DNA from: a virus
Lineage: Duplodnaviria > Caudoviricetes
IMG/VR virus record: IMGVR_UViG_3300043255_000003
Span: 7,224 to 71,223 of that record
Direction: 5' to 3' (one strand)
DNA: 64,000 nt
Each line of letters starts with the position of its first letter. The first letter of the stretch is position 1. The translations under genes were made by a program, and so were the position numbers. Shown here piece by piece: positions 43,138 to 52,319 of the stretch. The notes beneath the pieces were generated by a model. That model worked only from the letters and a program-made list of their open reading frames with translations. It did no database searches and was not told the origin of the DNA.

Positions 43138-43849
43138 GCGACCGGACTCATTCGCTGACTTCAGCGACCTGCCGATGTTCCAGCCGGGAGGCTGGGGCTT
43201 CGCCGGGATCTCGCTGACACGCGACAGTGATCCGCTCGCACGCAGTAACTATCGAGCAGCCTGCAAGAAGTTTTTCAAGCTGGACGAGATCGAAGACATC
43301 GAGAAGATCGATGAGCCAGAGGACTCGCCGTTCAAAGTTTACGGTGCCAGTCACTGGGCCTGCGGTTGGGTGGATCACATCATTGTGAACCATGCTGACG
43401 AGGACGCGTTGCGGTTAGCATTCAGCGTGCATGAAGATCTGGAGCAGTACCCTGTACTGGACGAAGAAGACTTCTCCGAGGAAGAAGAACGCGACCAGCA
43501 CCTGACGCTGACCAACTGCTTCGACTGCAACGAAGATGAAGCATGGGCGGTCATCAGTGCATGCCACGAAGAGAGTCGCGAGGTCGATGGACTGAACGAC
43601 GATGAAGTGACCAAGATGCTGAACGAGCACCACTACATCGAGCCGAGCGAGTTGGAGTTGACTCTGGACGCGTGGACCGAGGGCAAGGCAGAGCACGCAG
43701 TTGTCACCACCTATCAGCGACACGTTCGGATCAGCTTCAGCGATGGCCGCACAGCCGGGTTCCCCACTACTGATGCGTGGGCTGCCCCAGCGATCGCGTT
43801 TGCGACCAAGCATGCAGAGTCGGTTGAGGTTATCGAGGGCGAGTCATGA
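43100..43849 (+). CDS. Hypothetical acidic phage protein
   Basis: 249 aa with RDSDPLARSNY, HWACGWVDHI and LEQYPVLDEEDFSE. Confidence 0.65.
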   Translation: MMDYEKFKTGSLERPDSFADFSDLPMFQPGGWGFAGISLTRDSDPLARSNYRAACKKFFKLDEIEDIEKIDEPEDSPFKVYGASHWACGWVDHIIVNHADEDALRLAFSVHEDLEQYPVLDEEDFSEEEERDQHLTLTNCFDCNEDEAWAVISACHEESREVDGLNDDEVTKMLNEHHYIEPSELELTLDAWTEGKAEHAVVTTYQRHVRISFSDGRTAGFPTTDAWAAPAIAFATKHAESVEVIEGES

Positions 43850-44952
43850 GCGACCCGGTGATCAAACATTTCTGCACGCACGCGCTCACTGACCTGATCG
43901 ACAGTCAGAACAGAACTGGTGGCCGGACCAGAGCAGGCGACGTGCTGCCATGGGACGTGTTCCGCATGGGGCTGATTGGTTGGCTACGACAGGCGCAGAA
44001 GTTCGCTGTAACGGAAGATGAACTGATGCACGTCCCTGAAGACATCATCAAGGAATGGATCACTGGCGAGCACATGCGGCTGCCGTTCGAGTTCACCGCG
44101 ATCGAACTGGACCTGATCAACGGCGACAATATGAAGGATGGGCTGACCAATGCGAACGTCGAGTTTACCGGCTGCGTTCTGTTGTGCGCCGACCTGCAGA
44201 AGATCGAGAAACACATCTTCGATGCGATACAGGAGGACATCGACTTCGCGGATGACACTGGCGGGTTTCTGGTCTGGCCGATTGTCCACACGCGGGCGTC
44301 CGGCTTCCAAGTTCACGACACTGAATCGTGGGTGGCGACGCCGACGCTTGCGGTTATGCTGCCAGCCGACGAGATGGTCGAGTGGGTGGCCCGCGCAAAC
44401 AGTGATCAGAAATTCCAGACGCACGGCAACGAGGGCGATCCGTTCCTGATGGTGCAGCACCTGATCGATGGCCAGATGGTGATGGACGAGATCGTGACAG
44501 CTTTTGAAGACACGGCTGGACAATCGTGGCGCGAGCAACCGAAAGCGGAATGGGACAAGCAGTTGAGCCTGCTGATGCAAGGTCTCGGCGAAGTGCTGTT
44601 GCGAAACGTCAAATATGTTTCGGCACTGGCAGTGCTGCTCAACACGAAGAACATCAAGTATCGATTGCACCCGGCACCCGGCAAGCTGAATCACAAGCGC
44701 CGGAAGAAAGGGCGCGAACCGTTCTTCGAGTACAAAACGCTGAACCTGTACCCGGACGATGTGACCTACGTTGGCCCATCGCTAGGACCGCACAGGTATC
44801 GCCGCTCGCCCAAGTTGCACTTGCGGCGCGGCCACGTTCGCAGGCTGGGAGATGGTGGGACCACGTTCGTGAGACAAGCCATCATTGGCAAGAAAAAACA
44901 CGGGCTGGTCCTGAAGGATTACGACGTAAAGCAAAAAGGAGAAACGAAATGA
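43846..44952 (+). CDS. Uncharacterised phage protein with SPxxHxRRGHxR motif
   Basis: 368 aa with C-terminal RSPKLHLRRGHVRRL...VRQAIIG. Confidence 0.65.
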   Translation: MSDPVIKHFCTHALTDLIDSQNRTGGRTRAGDVLPWDVFRMGLIGWLRQAQKFAVTEDELMHVPEDIIKEWITGEHMRLPFEFTAIELDLINGDNMKDGLTNANVEFTGCVLLCADLQKIEKHIFDAIQEDIDFADDTGGFLVWPIVHTRASGFQVHDTESWVATPTLAVMLPADEMVEWVARANSDQKFQTHGNEGDPFLMVQHLIDGQMVMDEIVTAFEDTAGQSWREQPKAEWDKQLSLLMQGLGEVLLRNVKYVSALAVLLNTKNIKYRLHPAPGKLNHKRRKKGREPFFEYKTLNLYPDDVTYVGPSLGPHRYRRSPKLHLRRGHVRRLGDGGTTFVRQAIIGKKKHGLVLKDYDVKQKGETK

Positions 44953-45698
44953 ACCTGAAACTAGAAAGCATCATGGACAAGGGGCACCCGTTGCCGTGGC
45001 CTGAATTGAAACTGCCGCCATACACCGAAGTGAAGTTGGGTGGCTGGCACATCTTCGAGAACACGCCGCCACTGTTGCGCGGTTACTTCCGAGGACTGCA
45101 GCCAATGATTCACAAGAACTGGGTACTCAAGCGCGACGACGAGTTGTGGATGAGCACGACGCCGATGGAACTGGAGAGCGCGATTCATCATGCCGCGAAC
45201 GCAACCGGGCACACGGTGATCATGGGTCTCGGCCTCGGCGTTCTGCTCTACAACGTCCTGCAGCGAGACGAGGTCACCAAGGTGACTGTGGTCGAACTTG
45301 ACCCCAAGGTATTCGACCTGCTCGATCGTTCGGCAGGCATCGGCCTGTGGCCCGGACATGAGAAGCTGGAGATGGTCATCGCTGACGCGTTCGACTATGT
45401 GCCGACGGAACCTGTGGACGTGTTGCTGGTAGACATCTGGCTGAACCTCGGCGACATGCAACTGCGGCCTGACGCGCAGAAACTGTTCAACAAAGTGAAC
45501 CCGACCAACATGGGCGTCTGGGGCATCGAGGCCGATTACATCTCATGGATGAACGAGCAGGGCTTCGAGCCGGGCGACGAAAGTTCGGACACGTTCACCC
45601 AGTACGCAATCGACATCGGCGTGCCGCTGATCGAGCGGGACAACGATGAGTACGCCCGGCTGGCACTGGAAGCTGCGAGGAATATGTTTCTCTCGTAG
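44949..45698 (+). CDS. Class I SAM-dependent methyltransferase (spermidine-synthase-like fold)
   Basis: VIMGLGLG (motif I), VTVVELD, VIADAFDY, DVLLVDIW. Start MNLKLE at 44949. Confidence 0.8.
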   Translation: MNLKLESIMDKGHPLPWPELKLPPYTEVKLGGWHIFENTPPLLRGYFRGLQPMIHKNWVLKRDDELWMSTTPMELESAIHHAANATGHTVIMGLGLGVLLYNVLQRDEVTKVTVVELDPKVFDLLDRSAGIGLWPGHEKLEMVIADAFDYVPTEPVDVLLVDIWLNLGDMQLRPDAQKLFNKVNPTNMGVWGIEADYISWMNEQGFEPGDESSDTFTQYAIDIGVPLIERDNDEYARLALEAARNMFLS

Positions 45699-45753
45699 CG
45701 CACCCGGTGAGCCACTGACGCACATATAATTAGCACATGAAAGGAGAAAGGAA

Positions 45754-46104
45754 ATGGCACAATTTTTTGGAAGCGCACAGGGCCGGGCCGGTCAAGGTAC
45801 CCGGCTCGGTACAAAGAGCAGCGGTCTCACGACTGAAGCGGCAGGCTGGGGCGGGTGCATAGAGACCCGGCTCTGGTACGACGACGTTCAGGACTGCGAT
45901 AAGTTCGAGGTGATCCTGCGACCATGGAAAGGCTCGGAAGGATCTAGTAAGGTACTGGCAAGTGGCCGGGTGGATGCGACAGCGGATGTCGATCAGTTCA
46001 GTCGGACCAATGAGTTTCCGTTCTGGCAGAAGCGCAAGTACGGAAAGCTGAATGCAGATGAAAGCAATCAGCCCGGCAGCAAGGAGCAAGGAGCAAGATC
46101 ATGA
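45754..46104 (+). CDS. Hypothetical protein
   Basis: 116 aa, MAQFFGSAQGRAGQGTRLGTKSSG, with the stereotyped RBS. Confidence 0.6.
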   Translation: MAQFFGSAQGRAGQGTRLGTKSSGLTTEAAGWGGCIETRLWYDDVQDCDKFEVILRPWKGSEGSSKVLASGRVDATADVDQFSRTNEFPFWQKRKYGKLNADESNQPGSKEQGARS

Positions 46105-46610
46105 ATGGAAGCATACCCATCGACCCGGAAAAGGGATTGGACCCGCACCTAATGTTTTGCGTGCGTTGTGGTGGTGAGTCGAACGCGTTGACCATAGGTG
46201 CCATGCGCAAAGCGCAACTGGACGATGGTCGCTGGACCTACGCGATGCGCGGCAAAGGCCGACTGGCAGCGAAAGATCTTGAAGACGCGGGCGTCATCAC
46301 CAACCGGCACAACCTGAAGTGGGTTGAACTGGACGAGCGCGAACGCGTGCCTGATCCAGAGCCGTGCGCAAAATGCAAAGAAGAACTTGAACTGTGGGCG
46401 AAGCTGGTTAGTGAAGGCGGCGTCTATTTCAAGTGCAGCCAGTGTACTGCGACTGGCGTCATCAAACCCGACACTGTGCTGGCGACGGCAGTGAGGGCAC
46501 ACACGAAGATCGAGGCACCGAATTCCGTCGGTATGGAGTTCGAGTCCTGCGATCAACACTCAGTCGCCTTGGACCCTGATGAACAGGAGAATAAAAAAAA
46601 TGACAGCTAA
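46101..46610 (+). CDS. Multi-CxxC (Zn-binding) protein
   Basis: 169 aa, GLDPHLMFCVRCG...PCAKC...CSQC. Confidence 0.6.
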   Translation: MNGSIPIDPEKGLDPHLMFCVRCGGESNALTIGAMRKAQLDDGRWTYAMRGKGRLAAKDLEDAGVITNRHNLKWVELDERERVPDPEPCAKCKEELELWAKLVSEGGVYFKCSQCTATGVIKPDTVLATAVRAHTKIEAPNSVGMEFESCDQHSVALDPDEQENKKNDS

Positions 46611-46839
46611 AAAAACTTATTGCGAGTACGACTGCGGGCGTGAGGCAACTTGCGTACCGCACAACGGAGTGCATACGACGTGTCAGGCGTGTTACATGCG
46701 AATGCGGTACGCGATTGAGAAGGGCACCACATGGATGATCCGGCGTTCGCGTCAGGTTGGTTCGTGGCAGTCCACGCTGGCGTTGCAGTTGGGCGAGGTA
46801 TCCCAGAGTCGTCAGAAGAAGCGGCGTCGAGCAGGCTGA
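46600..46839 (+). CDS. Small zinc-finger protein
   Basis: MTAKKTYCEYDC...CQACY with a basic tail. RBS AGGAG. Confidence 0.55.
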   Translation: MTAKKTYCEYDCGREATCVPHNGVHTTCQACYMRMRYAIEKGTTWMIRRSRQVGSWQSTLALQLGEVSQSRQKKRRRAG

Positions 46840-46840
46840 C

Positions 46841-47635
46841 ATGAACGAGGTGTACCAAGTTCGATCGAGTTCAATCGCGGGGTTCTTTGATTGCCCCGCT
46901 GGCTGGGCGGCGAAGATACTGGACGGCTTACGGCTGCCCAGTACGCCTCCCAGTGTGATCGGTACTGCCGTACACAAAAGCACAGGGGCGTATGACGCGT
47001 CGCGGTTGGACAAGAACCCGGCGCGTCATCTGTCTGCTGACGATGCAGCAGAGGCGCTGATGCAGCACCTCAAGGACCCCGGCGAGGAAGTTGACTGGCA
47101 AGGAATGCCAATAAAGCAAGCCGCCACGGTGGCGCTAGGAGCGCACACGCGGTACTGCACAGAGATTGCACCGCAGTTCCAATACCTCGCGGTGGAGCAG
47201 GAACTTGATGAATTGCTGATCGACTGGGACGAGATGAACATCACGATTCAGTTGACCGGCACACTCGATCGACTGCAGGTCAGGGACGAGTTGCTGGGAG
47301 TCGCTGACGTGAAAACGGGAGCGCGAGCGTGCAGCCAGACGAGCGGAAAACATAAAGCACAATTAGGCGCATACGAACTACTGGCCGAGCACAAACTTGG
47401 ACAGCCCTGCGAACTGCCGAGCATGCTGCTGCAGTTGCAGACATCAACGAATTATAAAGTGGGCACGGCAGAGGTGGCAGACGCCAAGCGCGCCCTACTG
47501 GGTGACGACGAACACACGGGCATGCTGACGCACATCGCCCGCGCATTAAAGACAGGCGACTTCTGGGGCAACCCGTCGAGTTGGCTGTGTTCTGAAAAAT
47601 ACTGTCCGGCGTGGGCAGATTGTATTTACCGATAG
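46841..47635 (+). CDS. PD-(D/E)xK exonuclease, RecB/Cas4-like with Fe-S Cys pattern
   Basis: SSS....DCP, GTAVH, GTLDRL, ADVKTG, QLGAY and CSEKYCPAWADC. Immediately upstream of recT. Confidence 0.85.
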   Translation: MNEVYQVRSSSIAGFFDCPAGWAAKILDGLRLPSTPPSVIGTAVHKSTGAYDASRLDKNPARHLSADDAAEALMQHLKDPGEEVDWQGMPIKQAATVALGAHTRYCTEIAPQFQYLAVEQELDELLIDWDEMNITIQLTGTLDRLQVRDELLGVADVKTGARACSQTSGKHKAQLGAYELLAEHKLGQPCELPSMLLQLQTSTNYKVGTAEVADAKRALLGDDEHTGMLTHIARALKTGDFWGNPSSWLCSEKYCPAWADCIYR

Positions 47636-47641
47636 GAGAAA

Positions 47642-48679
47642 ATGATGAGCACTACGATTGCAGATCTCAGAGGAAAGAAAACCCCGATGAAAGAGGTGAT
47701 GGCGCAGCCACCGAAGCAGCGCATCTCCACACTGCTGCAGGAAAACAAGAAGGAAATTGCAGCGGCATTGCCGAGGCATATCTCTATCGATCGCATGGTG
47801 ACGATTGCGCAGACGGCTGCGACTACGACGCCGCAGTTGCTGGAGTGCTACACGCCGTCGCTGTTCGGCGCGATGATTAAATGCACGCAGCTTGGACTCG
47901 AACCCAACAACGCGCTGGGTCAGGCATACCTGATACCGTTCAAAAACAAGAAGGCCAAGAGAACCGATTGCCAACTGATCATAGGCTATCGCGGCATGCT
48001 GGAACTGGCACGTAGATCCGGGAACGTGTTGTCGTTCACTGCCGGGCACGTTTGTCAGGAAGATGAATTCGAGTGGGAGTTCGGACTGAACGAAACCTTG
48101 CGGCACAAACCTGCCGCTGGCGATCGTGGTCCGCTGACGCACTTCTATTCCTACGCGAAGCTGAAGGGCGAGGGCTACCAGTTTCTGGTCTGGACCCACG
48201 ACGACATGATCAAGCACATGAAGACGCAGACGCAGTCTCGCGGCGAGTACGGCCCATGGAAAGACAACTACATCCAGATGGGCGAGAAAACCATGGCGCG
48301 GATGTTGTTCAAGTGGCTGCCAGTATCGATCGAGATGGCCGACGCGGCTGCACTGGACGCACGCGCAGAAGTGGGCGGCGAGCAGGGTCTTGAGGACGTG
48401 TTGTCAGGAGACTACACGGTGACGGACAGGGATGATGTGCAGGCTTTGCCCGAGCCTATCAGTGATGCGAACGGCGAGATCTTCGACCCGGAACTGCATC
48501 AAGAATCCGACGGCGAACCCGTCTATAACAAGGACGGTTCGTTCAGGAAAAAACCGCAGCGAAAAGCTGCGGCCCCGGCTGCGGCTGCAGCCCCGGCAGG
48601 TGACGATGAGCCACCACCGGACGACGAAGGCCAGACCGGAACCGACGACGGTGAAGGCGAGGACTTCGGCCTTGAGTAA
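47642..48679 (+). CDS. recT: RecT recombinase
   Basis: EIAAALPRHISIDRM...LLEC...GLEPNNALGQAYLIPF...QLIIGYRGMLELARRSG...PWKDNYIQMGEKT...KWLPVSIE. Confidence 0.95.
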   Translation: MMSTTIADLRGKKTPMKEVMAQPPKQRISTLLQENKKEIAAALPRHISIDRMVTIAQTAATTTPQLLECYTPSLFGAMIKCTQLGLEPNNALGQAYLIPFKNKKAKRTDCQLIIGYRGMLELARRSGNVLSFTAGHVCQEDEFEWEFGLNETLRHKPAAGDRGPLTHFYSYAKLKGEGYQFLVWTHDDMIKHMKTQTQSRGEYGPWKDNYIQMGEKTMARMLFKWLPVSIEMADAAALDARAEVGGEQGLEDVLSGDYTVTDRDDVQALPEPISDANGEIFDPELHQESDGEPVYNKDGSFRKKPQRKAAAPAAAAAPAGDDEPPPDDEGQTGTDDGEGEDFGLE

Positions 48680-48699
48680 TCACAGAAAGGAGAATGGAA

Positions 48700-48924
48700 A
48701 TGTTAGTTTTAACTCGCTTTGAAAAAGAGAAGATTCGGCTGCGGCGTCCCGACGGCGACGACATCGTCATCGAGATCTGCAAGTTCGAGCGTGGTCGCGA
48801 AGGCGATTACATGGTGCATGTCGGCATCGATGCGTCGCATGACGTGAACGTGGTGCGTGAAGAAGTTCACCAGCGCAATGTCGAGCGTGGCGACGAGCAG
48901 GGAGACAACCGTGGAAATTACTAA
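48700..48924 (+). CDS. csrA: CsrA/RsmA-family RNA-binding protein
   Basis: MLVLTR...IVIEI...VHVGIDASHDVNVVREE retains the N-terminal MLVLTR and the GI-x-A...V-x-REE signature. Confidence 0.8.
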   Translation: MLVLTRFEKEKIRLRRPDGDDIVIEICKFERGREGDYMVHVGIDASHDVNVVREEVHQRNVERGDEQGDNRGNY

Positions 48925-50335
48925 AATCAGTTGCGATAATTTTCTGCAAATAAAGGCGATGGACATTGATCTGACCACCGCCCCCGTCAACCTGATCGCT
49001 GGCCTGAATGAATCTGGCAAGTCATCGTTGCACGAAGCAATCCGCTTCGCTCTGCTGGGTGAGACTGATCGCGTCTCGTTGAAACGTGACTACCCGAGCA
49101 TGGTGCGTTCTGGTGCGAAGGAAGGTGCTGTCCGGGTCGAATACATCGACGCTGAAGGCAACCACGACTTCGTTCACAGGAGTGTGGGCGACGGCAAGCT
49201 GATCGACGGGTTCGAGGGTGAGCAGGCGTTCGCTGTTGCAGAGTGCATGGACGCAACCAAGTACCCGACGATGAATAGCAAGCATCAACGGGACATGGTC
49301 CGCGACCTGTTGCAGATCTCGATCGACCCTGAAGAGGTGATGAAACTGATCGCCCGGAAGGGACTGCCGGAAGAGATCATGGAGCAGATCAAACCAATGT
49401 TGCGTGCAGGCTTCGAGGCCGCGCACAAAGATGCCAAGGCTCGCCAGTCAGAGGCCCGCGCAAAGTGGGAACAACTGAGTGGTGAAAAGTGGGGAGCGGT
49501 CAAGGGCGGGGAGTGGAAACCCACCCGGCGACCGATCGTTCAGTCGATGGTCGATGCGCAAGAGAAGATTTCGCAGACTGCATTCAAAGCATTCTCAACC
49601 CAGTCGGACAAGGCGGCTGCTCTGAAGGCGTTCTCAGGAGGCACCAGCGCGCCCTGCCCGTCATGCGGCGAGCAGTTAGTGTGGTCCGGGAAAGAAGTCA
49701 AGCTGGCTTCCGATGAGCCAGACCCAGACGAGATGAAAGCGCACACCAAGGCGAAGTCCGAGGCGAACAAACTGCAGGCACTCTGGCAGGCCGAAGTGAA
49801 ATCTCTGGACGAGTTGCAAGTGTCCATGGATTTCAACGAACGCATGGACGAGATCGCCAAGGAGTCGGTGGAATTGCACACGGAGATTCTGCACTGGCTG
49901 CAGGGTGCTGAACTTCTGGCACCCGACGGCATCCCCGGTCAGATCATTGGCGAACTACTGAAACCAGTCAACGATCGGTTGCGCAACACGGCGACGATCA
50001 GCGGTTGGGATCAGGTTCAGATCTCGGCGACCATGGACATCATGGTGGGCACGCTGCCGTACATGCTGGGGTCGGAGTCGTCACAGTGGAGGGCACAAGC
50101 TGCGATCGCAGAGGCGATCAGTTACATTAGCGGCGTCGGCCTGCTCTGTCTCGATCGATTCGACGTACTGGACGTGGGGAACCGCAACCGGCTGCTGAAG
50201 TGGATCAGTAAGATCGCAGACGATCACACCACGATCTTGTTATTCGGTACGCTCAAAGAGCCGCCGAAAAAACTGCCGCCATCGTTCGCGCTTCACTGGT
50301 TGGAGCACGGTGACATGGCGGATCTCGCAGCGTAA
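48911..50335 (+). CDS. Rad50/SbcC-like SMC-family ATPase
   Basis: Probable GTG start. NFLQI, Walker A GLNESGKSS, coiled coils with a CPSCG zinc hook, signature GSESS and Walker B LLCLDRFDVLD. Confidence 0.85.
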   Translation: MEITKISCDNFLQIKAMDIDLTTAPVNLIAGLNESGKSSLHEAIRFALLGETDRVSLKRDYPSMVRSGAKEGAVRVEYIDAEGNHDFVHRSVGDGKLIDGFEGEQAFAVAECMDATKYPTMNSKHQRDMVRDLLQISIDPEEVMKLIARKGLPEEIMEQIKPMLRAGFEAAHKDAKARQSEARAKWEQLSGEKWGAVKGGEWKPTRRPIVQSMVDAQEKISQTAFKAFSTQSDKAAALKAFSGGTSAPCPSCGEQLVWSGKEVKLASDEPDPDEMKAHTKAKSEANKLQALWQAEVKSLDELQVSMDFNERMDEIAKESVELHTEILHWLQGAELLAPDGIPGQIIGELLKPVNDRLRNTATISGWDQVQISATMDIMVGTLPYMLGSESSQWRAQAAIAEAISYISGVGLLCLDRFDVLDVGNRNRLLKWISKIADDHTTILLFGTLKEPPKKLPPSFALHWLEHGDMADLAA

Positions 50336-50446
50336 TCAATAGGGGTGCTACTGAGGTGAAAATGTGTCAACTGGCCACAAGTAACCTGTCAGCTAACAGT
50401 ACGATCCGGGTAGGTCGGATCACCTCTGCCTTTTTTTGGAGCCAAC

Positions 50447-50749
50447 ATGGCATATAGCAAGCAGCAGTTCGAGGCGGGGTTCCAACTGATCACCGCCGTC
50501 TCACACCAGATCATCAAAATCGACTTCAAGGAAATTGAAATCTGGATCGACAAAATGATGGGCGCGAAAGCCCTGACGGATGAAACGGCAAAAGAAAACA
50601 TGCAGAACCTGAAGGCGGTCATGAGCAACTTCGGTCAGATGCAGCAGGTTCTGATGCAGAGAGGTGTACCCGTCCGGGACATCTCAAACTACAAAGAAAA
50701 CATCATCGAGGTAGGTCCCAATGAAAACAATCCCGATCCCAAGCAGTAA
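50447..50749 (+). CDS. Hypothetical protein
   Basis: 100 aa helical, RBS GGAG. Confidence 0.55.
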   Translation: MAYSKQQFEAGFQLITAVSHQIIKIDFKEIEIWIDKMMGAKALTDETAKENMQNLKAVMSNFGQMQQVLMQRGVPVRDISNYKENIIEVGPNENNPDPKQ

Positions 50750-50933
50750 GAAAGGCGCACCGCCGTACACGGTGACACTGGACGGCGAAGAGGGCGACAG
50801 TTGCGAGTGCAAGGCATTCGAGTTCAGCACTCAAGATCCGCCGACCTGCAAACATATCGCGACAGCCAAGGCGCAGATTGCCGCAGAAGATGCCGATCGC
50901 GAGATGGGGATCGACACGTCGCACAAAGAGTAA
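50721..50933 (+). CDS. SWIM zinc-finger protein
   Basis: Y-x-V...SCECKAF...CKHI is the SWIM CxC...CxH pattern. Confidence 0.7.
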   Translation: MKTIPIPSSKKGAPPYTVTLDGEEGDSCECKAFEFSTQDPPTCKHIATAKAQIAAEDADREMGIDTSHKE

Positions 50934-51074
50934 TGGTGGCCAGCCCTCAGAGGGGTTAGACAAAGGCAAATTCGCAAAGCCCCTGCGAACACCGCCGCCG
51001 AATTCACCGTTAAGGGGTCGCAACCTCGGCGGTCGCCGCTCATTTACGACTCAGTGCAGAGGGCTGGCCATAGA

Positions 51075-51599
51075 CTACTTGGCCGCGCCGGATGGCGGCG
51101 ACACTTTTATTTTCGATCCAAACGATGAGCCAAACCAGAATCCCATGATGCCGGTCACGCCAGTTGTCAGGACCAGAACAAGTCCGGCAATCAACTGTCC
51201 GTCGGTACCTTCCGGGATCGCCCATCGCCCTGAGATCAGGCCGAAGATCAAACCGAAGTAGCCCACGATAAAGATCACCGACAGAGAAATCTGCGGCCAC
51301 ATATTCACCTTGGCCATGGACCGCGCATCCTGCACGTCCTTGGTAGCAATCGCGAACACGTCCACCTCTAACTCTTGCATGCGCGTGTCGAACGCGAGTT
51401 CAGCGGTGCGCAATTTCACCAACGCTTCTGGGTCAGATTGCAGAGCGGCCTCGATCGCGGGCCGGGTCGGCTCCACACCGAGCGCAGTGCCAACGGCAGC
51501 GAGTGCCATGTTGACGACTGGCCCGGCGGGACCGGCCAATGCGGTACCGAGAACCTTTGCCACCGGCAGTATTTTTGCCGCTATGCTTTTAAGGCTCAT
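51075..51599 (-). CDS. Holin-like protein (3TM holin type)
   Basis: LGTALAGPAG..., EALVKLRTAEL..., DVQDARSM, two C-terminal TMs ending GFWFGSSFGS. Confidence 0.75.
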   Translation of the reverse strand: MSLKSIAAKILPVAKVLGTALAGPAGPVVNMALAAVGTALGVEPTRPAIEAALQSDPEALVKLRTAELAFDTRMQELEVDVFAIATKDVQDARSMAKVNMWPQISLSVIFIVGYFGLIFGLISGRWAIPEGTDGQLIAGLVLVLTTGVTGIMGFWFGSSFGSKIKVSPPSGAAK

Positions 51600-51606
51600 G
51601 GCAGAT

Positions 51607-51783
51607 TTACTCCTTTACCGTGACATACGCGGACGCGTAGACAGCGACCACAGTAATCAGTCCCTGAACCCAGCCGATGTCCCAGCCAAGCATGACGCCA
51701 GCGCCCTGCACGACGGCAGTCATGAGCGCAGCAGATTCGGCCTTGAACCACTGCATCTGCGGTGCTGTTATTGCAACTTTCAT
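51607..51783 (-). CDS. Small 2-TM membrane protein (holin/antiholin-like)
   Basis: 58 aa from MKVAITA with RBS AGGAG. Hydrophobic, in the lysis cassette. Confidence 0.55.
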   Translation of the reverse strand: MKVAITAPQMQWFKAESAALMTAVVQGAGVMLGWDIGWVQGLITVVAVYASAYVTVKE

Positions 51784-51815
51784 AACCCTACTCCTTTTAG
51801 AAAATCCCCAGATAT

Positions 51816-52259
51816 TTACAGGTCTGCCCACCATTGCTTGACATCAAAATTCGGACACGTCTTCGCGTTTGTCACGTCATTGTGCCCAAGAACTTCAGAG
51901 TCAGGAAATTGGTGGACCAGTCCCGCGACTAACATGCGCAAGGTTTGCCACTGCTTATCGGTATAGTCGTTGACCGCCTTGCCGGTGCGCTTATCCATAC
52001 CGCCGACGAGGCAAATTCCGATACTTGCCTTATTAAAACCACGGGCATGCGCACCTGACCACTCCAGAGGTCGTCCGTATTGCAGCGTGCCGTCGCGCTT
52101 TATTACAAAGTGGTACCCGATATCCCGCCAGCCACGTCCAGCAGGCTTGGGATCGGTGTGCCACTTGCGAATTGCGTTGACTCCGATCAGCGGATGCTGG
52201 TGCGGATCGCGTGGCTTGGTGAAACTGCAATGCACGAATATCTGGTTGATGTCTCGCAT
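51816..52259 (-). CDS. N-acetylmuramoyl-L-alanine amidase endolysin (T7 lysozyme-like, Amidase_2)
   Basis: IFVHCS, GWRDIGYHFVI.RDG, GAHARGFNKASIGICLVGG, GHND and KTCPNFDV. Confidence 0.93.
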   Translation of the reverse strand: MRDINQIFVHCSFTKPRDPHQHPLIGVNAIRKWHTDPKPAGRGWRDIGYHFVIKRDGTLQYGRPLEWSGAHARGFNKASIGICLVGGMDKRTGKAVNDYTDKQWQTLRMLVAGLVHQFPDSEVLGHNDVTNAKTCPNFDVKQWWADL

Positions 52260-52319
52260 AGCCTTGTCCCGCTAATTTCACAAAAATACCGGCGCGCAAA
52301 ATTCGGTTTTCACGCGCCT

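Noticed and set aside
45725-45730. Perfect TATAAT upstream of 45754 as a sigma70 promoter
   Set aside because: No -35 match at the normal spacing (ACCCGG). It cannot be supported without TSS data.
46841-47635. Cas4 indicating a CRISPR-Cas locus
   Set aside because: No repeat-spacer array or other cas genes seen. Its position next to recT fits a recombination exonuclease.
50402-50437. Terminator GATCCG-N8-CGGATC...TTTTTTT
   Set aside because: The U-tract is 9 nt from the better stem and the alternative stem is weak. Not confidently a terminator, and it does not fit twister, pistol or hammerhead cores.
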